Assembly: GCF_009914755.1 (NCBI RefSeq)
Contig: NC_060947.1
Origin: the human T2T-CHM13v2.0 reference genome, Homo sapiens
Length of the DNA: 64,000 nt
Strand: one strand, 5' to 3'
This document shows, piece after piece, positions 51,831 to 64,000 of this stretch. How positions within the stretch are numbered: position 1 is the stretch's first letter; each line of letters starts with the position of its first letter. Below the pieces are notes generated by a model. That model had not been told where the DNA came from and searched no databases. It saw nothing but the letters and a program-made list of their open reading frames with translations. Both the position numbers and the translations under genes were made by a program.

Positions 51831-53583
51831 CTTTCCAAAAGCCTTACAAAAATAACTATAATGTAGGTGTTGTATTCTTGGAAATTTTAAGCTTGTAGAT
51901 TATAAAAATATTCCTTATTTTTTATTCACAGCTTGAGGCCTTCTTCTCATCATTGCCTATACTACCACAGATTTTTTTATTACACTTTTATTCCTGCTGT
52001 CAGCTTTAGCTTTTCTGTACAATTAGTGATTCTCTAAATTATTACCAGAACTTTCCAAATATAATATACTTTGATGTCTCTAAAAGAGCAAGACAGGAAA
52101 TGCATTCTTTAAGCTCACAGATGGAATATGAGAAAAATATGACCTCACCTAACAAGAGATAGAAGTTTTTATTGCACATTTTGCACATTCTAAATTCAAA
52201 AACTTTCTTAAAAATGATGAAAAGTCAGTTCACAGGAAGCTATCAATTCTAAAATCTTATTTGTAAATATAAATAAGAGGCAATATGACATATGGTGAAA
52301 CTCAGTAAAGAGAGTTGAGAATCTACAGGTATATTGAACAAAATAAATGAGACTATGAGGAAAAACTCTTAAAGTTCTTGTTTGAATGTTTTGAAATATC
52401 TATGAATTTACTGTATCTGGTATACAGCACTGTCTAATTACCAAGACAGGACCCTTGAGCCACTTGGTCTTGTGTCACATTCTGGTAATCTATTATAGCA
52501 TAAAGTAGGCAGGGTATCAGGTGTCAAAGTTCTTTTGATAACTTACTTCAGAGATGGTTATGAGTCTGTGCATGAAGGAAAAAGAGGAGGCAGATTTACA
52601 ATGTGCTTAAAGCATATTTCTCAATGAGAAACATTTCAGGAATTACTGCTGGCCTAGAAAAATATGACTATAACTTACTTTCTTAGAAACTGAAGCCATC
52701 TGAATAATCTGGAGAGTATCTAGACACAGGACAGTGCATGTAAATTATAGGTCAGTGACTGGAGCATTTAGCTGGAGAAGGTAATGAAAGAGAAAAAGTA
52801 GAAAAGAAAGAAAAAATGAATGACATTCATTTGATTTTATTACAAATTAAAATCACCTGTGTAAAAATCAACCAAGTCAAATATAAAACATTGCTGACTC
52901 CACAGAATCTCATTTATTCCTGCCTTCCCATATGCACAAAAATAACTACTATACTCACTTGTATAGTAACCACTTTGTTATTTTTCTTTATAATTTTACA
53001 ATGTAAGCATGTACTGCTTAATAAAATAGTTTAGTTTTAGTTTGGGCTGTCACTTGAAATTTATATAAATAAATTCAATCATGCAAGTATGTTTTGTGAC
53101 TAGATTATTTTGCATAAATTCATGTTGTTAATATTTAAACATGCTACTGCATTAACTATTATTCTGTTATTTTAATTTTTTTTGTAACTCTCCATTGTAG
53201 AAATATACAACTTGTCTATCCCCTCTATTGATGATGGGTATTTGGGTCATTTCTACTTTTGGAATATTAGAAATAATGGTGTTTTCAACATTTTTGTACA
53301 TGGATCTTGGTACACATACCTTAGAAATTGTATATTATCTATATACTAGAAATCTCACTATTGGGATTTCTAGTATATAGATAACATACAATTTTACTTT
53401 CAGTCCATAATATGAGACAGTTTTCCAAAAATTTTACCTGTTTGCAATCCTGCTTTATCCTCAAACAGCAAATTTTGAAGTTTTAGTTATTGTGGTACAT
53501 GTTTTAATATCTCATTGTGGTTTAAGTTAGCTTTTTCCCTTATTATTTATAGCATAAAGCACATTTTCTTTGATTACTTAGAG

Positions 53584-54018
53584 TATAAACACTAATCTTA
53601 ATTGCCAACTAACTGGGCCATGATATTTAGATACTTGGTGAAATGTTTTTTTAGATGTTTCTGTGAAGATATTTTTCAGATGAGATTAACATTTAAAACA
53701 GTAGTCTTTGAGTAAATCAGATTACTCTCCATAATGTACGGGAGCCTCATACAATCAGTGGAAGGTGTTAATAAAAAAAAATATTAACCTGCCCCAGACA
53801 AAAGGAATTCTGCTAGAAACTGCCTTTGGACTTGAATTGCGACATCAACTCATCAACTATTCCCTGAGTGTACAGCCTGCTGGCCTACTCTGCAGATTTT
53901 GAACTTGCCAGCTCCCACAATTATGTGAGCCAATCCTTAAAATCTCTTTGAAAAAAAGAGAAAGAGAATCATATATATGTATGGCTTTATTTCTCTGGAG
54001 AGATTCTGAACAACACAG
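53584..54018 (+). mobile_element. MLT2 (MLT2C/D-like) ERVL solo LTR
   Basis: 'cagatgagattaacattt...gagtaaatcagattactctccataatg...tgcagattttgaacttgccagc...tctctggagagattctgaacaacaca'. Confidence 0.8.
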
Positions 54019-54885
54019 ATGGTTTCTTTTGTAAACACCTATTCTAGGTACTTATTTTTTTGACTACTGGCTTGTCTTTCTTCTTGGTAATTGTCCCGCA
54101 AACATTCCTAAACCCTCTATTCCATTATTTGTGTTGCAGATATCTTGTTCCACCCTCTGACATCATTTTCACTATCTTAATGATACTTTCTAATGAATTG
54201 CTTTTCTTAATTTATGGTAAGACATTATACCAACCATTTTCTTTACGAATAGTTTATATTATGTATTGTTTAAGCAGTCTTACTTACTCCAAGATTATTT
54301 AAATATTATATTATCTTCTAGAAACTTTAATTTTTGATTTTTACATTTAGATCTACAATATATCTTAAATTAATTTTAGTGTGTAGTTTGATTAATAAGG
54401 CCAGGTTTTTCTTGTTCTTTATAATTATACAATTATATTCAACCACCTTAACACTATTTATTGAAAATACTGCTCTTTTTTCACTTCCATGAAATGTCAC
54501 CTCTGTCATAAATATCCATATGTGTTATTGGTTCCATCAGTCCATTTGTCAATACTTGCACCAAGACTACACTTTCTTGATTTCTGTGGATTTCGATCAC
54601 GATATCTAGTAGTAATATTCACCCCACCATGTAATTCTTTTTAAGAGTATCTTAAATATTTTTAGCCCTCTACATTTCCATATAACTTTTAGATGTAGTT
54701 GACAGGATTCCATTAAAATCAACCAAAGAATTCTGATAAAGAATACACTGAATGTCTTAATTATTTTATGAATAACATAATTCTTTTCAGTAGTTAGTCT
54801 TCTATTCCATAGACATGGTATATTTCCCCGTTTATTTATGTCTTTCTTAATTTTTTCAATGACCATTAAAACTTTACTCTATGGT

Positions 54886-55198
<313 letters not shown>

Positions 55199-55410
55199 AA
55201 AACTTTACTCTTTGGTGGTCTTCTACAGCTCATTAGTTTATCCCAATTGTTTGAAATTTTGATGCCATTGTAATTATTTATTTTAGAGTTTCATTTTCTT
55301 ATTGTTTGCTGGGGGTATGTACACATAAATGATTGTTGTATATTGGCCTTACAGCAAAGATGAATATTAAGTAGATTATTGATTCTAAAACATTAACTTT
55401 GGGTTTTTTA

Positions 55411-55735
<325 letters not shown>

Positions 55736-55781
55736 AAGATGTCATCTTTAAATAATGCTTTTTCTTTGTTTTTAAGAATTT

Positions 55782-56085
<304 letters not shown>

Positions 56086-56440
56086 TTATATATATTTTTT
56101 CTCTATATTAAATGACTGGCCTGGCTATACTTTCTAAGTAAAATGATAAATAAAACTAGTTATATCAGGTGTCTTTGTCTTATTCTTGGCCTTAGTGGAA
56201 AAGCTTTTAATATTTCATTAAAAAGCAAATTATTTCACAAAACATTATTTGTACATATTTTAAAGCAAATTAATACTTTCCCTGGATTCCTCTTTTGCTG
56301 TGTTTTTATTATGAATGGATGTGAATTTTATTATAACATTTCTCTGCATCTGTGAGATTAAAGTGATGAACTTTTAATATGATAAATTATATTGAGATAT
56401 ATATATATTTTCTTTTTTTGAAATTTTATTAAGAAATATT

Positions 56441-56710
56441 GGCTGGATGTGGTGGCACATGCCTGTAATTTCAGCAGTTCAGGAGGCCAAGGTGGATGGA
56501 TTGCTTGAGCCTAGGAGTTTGAGACAAGCCTGAACAACATGACAAAAACCTGTTTCTACAAAAAATACAAAGAAATTTGCCAGGCATGGTGGCTCATGCT
56601 ACTTTGGAGGCTGAGGTAGGAGGATCACCTGAGCCAGGGGAGGTAGAGGCTGATTGTTTCACTGCACTCCAGCCTGGGTGACAGAGTGAGATCCTGTCTC
56701 AGAAAAAAAG
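56441..56710 (+). mobile_element. AluJ with right-arm deletions
   Basis: The Alu dimer lacks the 'ctgtagtcccag' and 'gcagtgagc' segments. Confidence 0.85.
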
Positions 56711-57068
56711 ATAAGGAATTTTTTTAATTAAAAAAAATAATATTTTTAAACATACAGACTATGAATATTTTTAACGCACCACCTACATTCAACAGTTAAT
56801 ATTTTACGAAATATTTAGTGATGTAACTATTCATCTTGTCACCACTGTAGCCACTCATCAATCTACCTTGTCATTCATTTTAAAATAAGTTAAAGACATC
56901 ACTACATTTCTCCCCAAGTATTTCAGCATGCTTATGATTAAATTTAGCTCAATAATTTTTTAGTAATTCATTTTATTTTCACTTAAGGACAATGCTATGT
57001 GTGATGAAATGCACAAATCCATTGGAATGAAATGATCATTTTATTGTATGGTAATACCAAAATGTATT

Positions 57069-57290
57069 TGTATTAGTTTTCTATTATTTTGTTAGAAAAT
57101 CTCACAAACATAGAAGTTTAAAAAACAAAAAAAGATCTATTATATCAAATTTTCTGGAGGTGAGAAGTCCAGGTAGGTATTGGCCAGTTTCTCTCCTCAG
57201 GGTTTCAAAAAGCTGAAATCAATGTTCCAGTCAAAGCTTAGTATCATCCTCTTCAGATCAGATTAAGGTGCTCTTCCAAGCTCAGAGTTT
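57069..57290 (-). mobile_element. MLT1 (MaLR) LTR fragment
   Basis: 'tgtattagttttctatt...tttctggaggtgagaagtccagg...ctcagggtttcaaaaagctgaaatcaa'. Confidence 0.7.
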
Positions 57291-57352
57291 TGTATTTGTT
57301 TAAATGCACAGTAATTAAAAGTTTTTTTTTTTTTTTAAGCAGCAAAAGCAGT

Positions 57353-57873
57353 TAAAGTAAATAAAAATATTTTAGCCTAAAATATATTTATTTCACATAT
57401 TCTGAAGTGGCCCTGCCATGTTGTTTTTCATGGGGGAAATTTGCATCTGTAGATCTGTTGATTCATTAATGCAGTCAATGCTTCCCTTGTCCAGATCTAG
57501 GAAAGATTAAATGAGAATCTAACACCTTTATAGGTCTGAAAAGAAATATTTACCACCTATTTTCTCTGAAACCTGCTACCTGTGAGGTTTCATCTACATA
57601 ACAAGATTGGTTTTGCTAGTCAAGCCTCTTCCTTTCTCCTTCCAATAACCTGTCTTGGCACTAAAACCTGTTTTTGGCCATGCTGTATGCCCATATTCTT
57701 TCTGTAACCTCAAGATGGTATATAAGCCTCTGTACCCTATTAGAGGGTTGGGTCTTCATTCTGAAGACTCCCATATAGTAGACTCATTATTACACATAAA
57801 CGTGTATGTGTTTTCTCTGATTAATCAACCTGCCTCATGTCAGTGATTTTCAGTGAACATTTAGGAGGCCACA
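57353..57873 (+). mobile_element. Solo ERV1 LTR, LTR29/LTR48/MER49-like
   Basis: 'aaaaatattttagcctaaaatatattt...gggggaaatttgcatctgtaga...tgtaacctcaagatggtatataagc'. TATA box at 57719. Confidence 0.7.
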
Positions 57874-57938
57874 GTATATAAACTGCAGAAAAATTTTACT
57901 ACGACTGAAAAAAATGTATCATTCAATTAGTTATAATC

Positions 57939-59272
57939 TGTCAATCGAGAAAAATGATGAGACTGAAACCAGCCTCATTGTCTGAGGTGTCACCCGAAGT
58001 TGTTGATGTCACGGCCAACGAAATCAAGGACTCGGATACTCCAAAGGTGAGGTTAGAGCAGTAGTTAAATAAGTGAAAGAAGGAAAGCTCTCTAGAGCAG
58101 AGAGGGTTCCCAGAAAGATGGGTTGCCGTATTACAGTGAAATGCGAGGGTTTTTATAGAAAAGCTGGAGGGGAGCCATGCTTCATTTGGTTGAGGCGCAA
58201 ATTTCTGAGTTCCCGCCCCACCCTTTCTAGTGCACATGCGGGCTTCTTAGTTTGAGTTACTCCATGTTGTTTATCGCTTCCTGCTGCACATGTGTAAAAA
58301 GGCAGAGAACAGAACCCTCTAAGGTGGACGTGCCTGGTTCAGAGTAGCTCTTATCAGTGCTGCGTCAGGCGCTCCCCCTGCACAAGCCTGCCTGTCTGAG
58401 TATTTCCAAGAAGGGAGGACTGTGTTACCTGGGACCCACTGTATCTTTGTATGTCACACAGGAGGCCCCTTTCTGTGTTAGAGCTTGCCTTCGTTATCTG
58501 CGTTTGCCGCCTTATCGCTTAGGCTGCTCTTTCATGAAGGAGAAATGACCTCTTGGGCTGCTCTTTGTCAGAAGACACTCTGCTTTTTGTTAGAAGGGAA
58601 TTCCACCGGGGACCCTTGCCCTAACTATCTAGTTGATTTCTCTCTCTCTCCTCTCACAAGACAACTATCAATCATTTTACAGTTTCTTTGTCAAAGTTAA
58701 GGACACGTGCCCAGGAGACAAGTCTATGCCTTTCCCTGAAGACAATTTTGAGGGATCCAAATTTAAAGGGGAAAGGGCGGGATATTAAGAAAGAAACAAT
58801 TTTCACGTAAGGTGGTGGGGGCGGGGAGTAGAAAAAATAGTAATTCATGCCTTTGTCTGGCTCAGTTAATCTGCATTTTTTTTTTTTATGTAAGATGACA
58901 TAGATAAATGGGGCAGAGGAAAAATGCACGGAATCTGCATTTTTACATACGATAACATACACAAAATGTTGCAGGGGAATAATCAGATACATATTTGTGT
59001 CAGGTGGAGGCGGGGGTGAATTCAACTGTAAAGATAAGCTATTAATTTACATTGCCATGGTGAAATTTCAACAGAAACACCTTAAAGATCTGGGAGCTCA
59101 CTAAGAATTTCCTTGTGGGCAAAAATATGGGGGAGGCACGTAGCTTTTCATCTTGTAGCCGTCTTATTTAGGAACCAAAAGAGGTAGGCAGGTTTGTGTG
59201 ACCCAGTTTCCAGCTTAACTTTTCCTTCTGGTTTAATGAGTTTGGGGTCCCAAGATTTATTTTCTTTTCATA
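57939..59272 (-). mobile_element. Solo ERV1 LTR, LTR43/LTR39-like (MER4 group), split by a nested LTR
   Basis: TSD AATC (57935-38 / 59273-76). The reverse complement begins TATGAAAAGAAAATAAATCTTGGGACCCCAAACTCA. Confidence 0.8.
57964..58658 (-). mobile_element. Solo ERV1 LTR, LTR9/MER61 group, nested
   Basis: TG..CA ends with a perfect TSD AGAC (57960-63 / 58659-62). Confidence 0.8.
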
Positions 59273-59435
59273 AATCCATGCATGAATTTTTAAAAATACA
59301 GACATTTCCATTGTACCAGTAAGTTTTCTTGTTCCTTCCTAGTGAAGTTCCAACCTCATCCACATAGAAACTTTTTTTTTCATTTTACTCCTTGACCACT
59401 GTAAACATGTTTATTTTAAAGTTGCATTTTGTGAC

Positions 59436-59939
59436 TGAAACCAGCCACATAGCGTTCACAAGAATTGCCTGCTAGGTTCTGTTCAGAAATAAAGTTATAA
59501 TTAAGCTTTAGTTGGGCTACATTTTGACTCACTTTCTTGTTGCTAGAAGTCTCACCATTTGCATTCCCATTGTTCCTATAGACAGGATCTCTGACATTAG
59601 AATCACAAGGCTTTTTTTTTTTAAGGATCACTTAATATGTTTTTTCAGATCCTGGATTCCAGCAACTAGTTTAAAGACCTCCACAGAGGAATGAGATCAG
59701 CATGAAAATGCAACTTTATCTCCCTGTACCATCACTTCACTCTGCACTCATTGACCAATCAATAATCTCCACACTTTGGACTACTCCAAAATTCTTAAGA
59801 ATCTTAACTTCAAATTCCTGGAGAAGATAGGTTTGATGTTTTCTCCCATCTCCTTTTCCAGTGACTTTATGATCAAACCTCTTTATCTGCTGCAGCCTAG
59901 TGTCTCAGCATATTGAGTTCAGAACTTACTATAGTTACA
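59436..59939 (+). mobile_element. Solo ERV1 LTR, MER72-like
   Basis: Runs TGAAACC...GTTACA and contains 'ccatttgcattcccattgttcctataga..ggatctctgacattagaatca'. Confidence 0.7.
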
Positions 59940-60187
59940 GAACATACATAGACCCCGTAGGAATTTGCATAATCGATATACTTCTGGGTTTTGTTCATTT
60001 TGCTTCTCTTCTCAAATGCCTATTTTAGATTGTGTTTTAACAATTTTATTTTGAAAATTGTTTGTAGAACTATTTTGAGGTTCAGAATTGTCATATGTTA
60101 CCAATGAGTGTTTAAATTCTCTTCTGCACTTCGTATTACTGTGGTATTACTAGCATTCTGCACTTGGTATCACGAGCCCTCCAGGAA

Positions 60188-60513
60188 TTTTTTTGTTGTT
60201 TGTTTGTTTTTGTTTTTGTTTTGTTTTTGTTTGTTTGAGACAGAGACTTGCTCTGTTGCCTAGGCTGGAGTGCAGTGGCATGATCTCGGCTAACTACAAC
60301 CTCTGCCTCCCAGGGTCAAGGGATACTCATGCCTCAGCCTCTCAAGTAGCTGAGATTACAAATGTGCACCACTATGCCCAGCGAATATTCGTATTTTTAG
60401 TAGAGACGGGGTTTCACCATGTTGACCAGGCTCGAACTCCTGACCTCGAGTGATCTACCCGCCTCGGCCTTCCAAAGTGATGGGATTACAGGTGTGAGCC
60501 ACTGGGCCAGGCC
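60188..60513 (-). mobile_element. AluS (Sx/Sz)
   Basis: Antisense full dimer with a (TTTG)n tail. TSD aggaat on both sides. Confidence 0.92.
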
Positions 60514-60616
60514 AAGGAATATTTAATACCAAATCAATGTTCCAGGTGATCAAAAGCTCAGTTTAGTTTCTCATTTTGCTCAAATTTTTGTGAAGATTGA
60601 CAAACTAGATCATGGT

Positions 60617-60705
60617 GTTATTGACCATGGGTTCTTGGGTTCTCAATGCAATATAAATTGACATAAGGCCAAAAGAGTTTTCCCAGATAAAGCTTTATTG
60701 GAGCT
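60617..60705 (-). mobile_element. ERV LTR R/U5 end, interrupted by MLT2A (family not identified)
   Basis: Begins TG and carries an antisense AATAAA at 60694-60699. It is cut abruptly at the MLT2A terminus. Confidence 0.45.
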
Positions 60706-63700
60706 TGTATTAGTCAGGGTTTTCCAGAGGGATGAAGCTAATAAGATATATACATATTATAAATTATATATTATATAAATATTTGTACATTCTTATATTA
60801 TATATATTTATATATAAATATATATATAAAAATATATTTATATATAAATATATAATAAAAAATGTATACATATATACAGTTATATATATAAATATACATA
60901 TATAAATATATGTATATAAATATATAAATATATGTATATAAATATATAAATATATGTATAACAATATATATAAATGTATGTATATCTATATATAAATATA
61001 TGTATATCTATATATAAATATATATGTACATCAATATATATAAATATATATGTACATCAATATATATAAATATATATGTACATCAATATATATAAATATA
61101 TATGTACATCAATATATATAAATATATGTATATAAATATATATACATATATAAATACACAAAAATATACATATATGTATATTTTTATACATAATATATAA
61201 AAATATATTTATATATTATAAATATTATAAATATAATATATTATATATTATAATATAATATGATATATTATAATATCTAATATATTATAAATATAATATA
61301 TTATGTATAGTATAAATATTATACATATTATATAATATAATATAAATATAATATATTATACATACTATATAAATATAAATATATTATATAAATATATTAT
61401 AAATGTAATATATTATATAAATATATTATAAATGTAATACATTATATATTATATATAAATATAATATATTATATTTACATATATAATATATTATATAGAA
61501 ATATAATATATTATTTATATAAATATAATATATTGTATATATACATATAATAATATTATTATATATTATATAAAATATATTAGATATATACATATGATAT
61601 ATTATATATTATATAAATTATATATAAAAATATAATATTGTATATATAATGTATTATATATAAAAATATAATACATTCAAATAGAATATATTATAATATA
61701 TTATAATTTGTATTATAATATATTTATATTTCTATATAAATATAAATATAACATATAATAGATTGTAAATATAATATATTATATATTATAAGTATAATAT
61801 ATTATATAAATTATATATAAATATATATAATATATTATAAAAATATAAATTTAAATTTAAATTTATATATAAATACAAATATAAATATAAATATATAAAA
61901 ATATTTTCATATAAATATATATAAATATTTTTATATATAAAAATATTTTCATATAAATATATATAAATATTTTTATATATAAAAATTTGTAAAATATAAA
62001 ATTATATTTATATATAATATATAATATATATTTTATTATATATAGTATAAAATAGATACATATTTTATTATATATTTTGTATATATAATATACATTATAT
62101 TTTATATATAATACACATTATATTTTATATTTAATATACATTATATTTATATATAGTATACATTATATTTTATATATAGTATACATTATATTATATATTA
62201 TATATTATATATAATATATAAGTATATATTATATATATTATATACATATATATTATATATAATATATACAAATATATTATATCATATATACATATATATG
62301 ATATAATATATATATTATATACATATATTATATAATATATACATATATTATATATTATATATACAATATTACATTATATATTATATATACAATATACATT
62401 ATAGATTATATATACAATATACATTATAGATTATATATACAATATACATTATATATTATATATATAATATACATTATATTATATATATAATATACATTAC
62501 ATTTTATATATAATATACATTACATTTTATATATATAATATACATTACATTTTATATATAATATACAGTACATTTTATATATATAATATACAGTACATTT
62601 TATATATAATATACATTACATTTTATATATATCATATACATTACATTTTATATATAATATACAGTATATTTTATATATATAATATACAGTGCATTTTATA
62701 TATATAATATACATTATATTCTATATACTATACATTACATTCTATATAATATACATTATGTTCTATATAATATATATTATATTTTATATATATTATATTT
62801 AATATATATTATATATTATATTTTATATGTATTGTATATTATATATATTTTATTATATTATATATAAAATATATATGATGTATATTATGTTATATTTTAC
62901 ATATAATATAGATTATATATTTTGTAGATATAATATATAATATATATTATATGTTTTATATAGAATATATGATATATATTATATTATGTTTTATATGTAT
63001 AATATATAATATATATTATATTATATTTTATATATAATATATATTATATGTTTTATACATATAATATATATTTTATATATATTACATTTTATATATGTTA
63101 TAATATATATTATATTATATATAATATAAATTATATTTTATATATAATATATTATATACTATATTTTATATATAATATATTATATACTGTTTCATATATA
63201 ATATATAATATACTATATTTCGTCTATAATATATAATGTACTATATTTTATATATAATATATAATATACTATATATTATATATAGTATATAGTATATTAT
63301 GTTTTATATTTTGTATACTATATATTATATTTTATATTTTATATACAATATATTTCATATTATATATTTTAAATATAATATATTTCATATGATATATTTT
63401 ATATATAATATATTTTATATGATATATTTTACATGTAATATATTTTATATGATATATTTTTTATATATTTTATATGATATATTTTATATATAATATATTT
63501 TATATGATAAATTTTATATATAATATATTTCATATGATATATTTTATATATAATATATTTCATATGATATATTTTATATATAATATATTTCATATGGTAT
63601 ATTTTATATATAATATATGTTATATTTTATATATTATATATTTTATTTTGTAATATATATTATATATTTTATTTTATACATAATATGTATCATGTATTTT

Positions 63701-64000
63701 ATTTTATATATAATATATAATGTATTTTATTTTATATTTATATACATTTATATATTATATACAAAATATATATATTATTTTGTATACATATAGCGTGTAT
63801 ATATTATATACAAAATATATAATATATATTTTGTATATAATTTATATATAAATATATATTATATTATCTATAAAAACTATATAGAATATTATATAAATAT
63901 GATATAAAATTATATAAATGTTATATATTTATATAAATATATATAAAAGTGTAGGACTTTGCCTTGTGAGTGTGTGAGCCAAGTCTCCCTAATTATATAT
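60706..64000 (-). mobile_element. MLT2A (HERV-L) LTR 3' end with a greatly expanded internal TA tract; runs off the window
   Basis: 'tgtattagtcagggttttccagagggatgaagctaataaga' is the reverse complement of the MLT2A 3' end, where the consensus has a short (TA)n. Confidence 0.8.
60744..63948. repeat. ~3.2-kb AT-rich compound micro/minisatellite
   Basis: Almost pure A/T. Sub-arrays have a 26-bp period (gtacatc at 61026, 61052, 61078, 61104), a ~23-25-bp period (62085-62770) and a 30-bp period (63491-63610). Confidence 0.97.

Overview
This is primate (human-like) nuclear DNA: AT-rich, gene-poor and made mostly of transposable elements. I found no intact host protein-coding gene, tRNA or rRNA gene, or CRISPR array. 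The listed ORFs are fragments of L1, ERV, Alu or TA-repeat sequence, or short chance ORFs. The main structure is a five-level nested insertion stack whose junctions show target-site duplications (TSDs): L1PB 3' end <- MER50 provirus (24029-43899) <- MER4A provirus (24445-37102) <- full-length L1PA7 (26509-33286) <- AluSc. Other points of note are: a tandemly duplicated tRNA-His-type primer-binding site; an open L1 antisense ORF0 in an otherwise dead L1PA7; a 216-bp duplication of unique DNA placed inside a TA tract with perfect 27-bp inverted ends; and a ~3.2-kb AT-rich expansion inside an MLT2A LTR that contains an inverted piece of the same LTR. Subfamily names come from recalled consensus sequences, not from a search. 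I cannot support a new enzymatic system. The most novel signal is repeated templated capture or inversion of nearby DNA at TA arrays.
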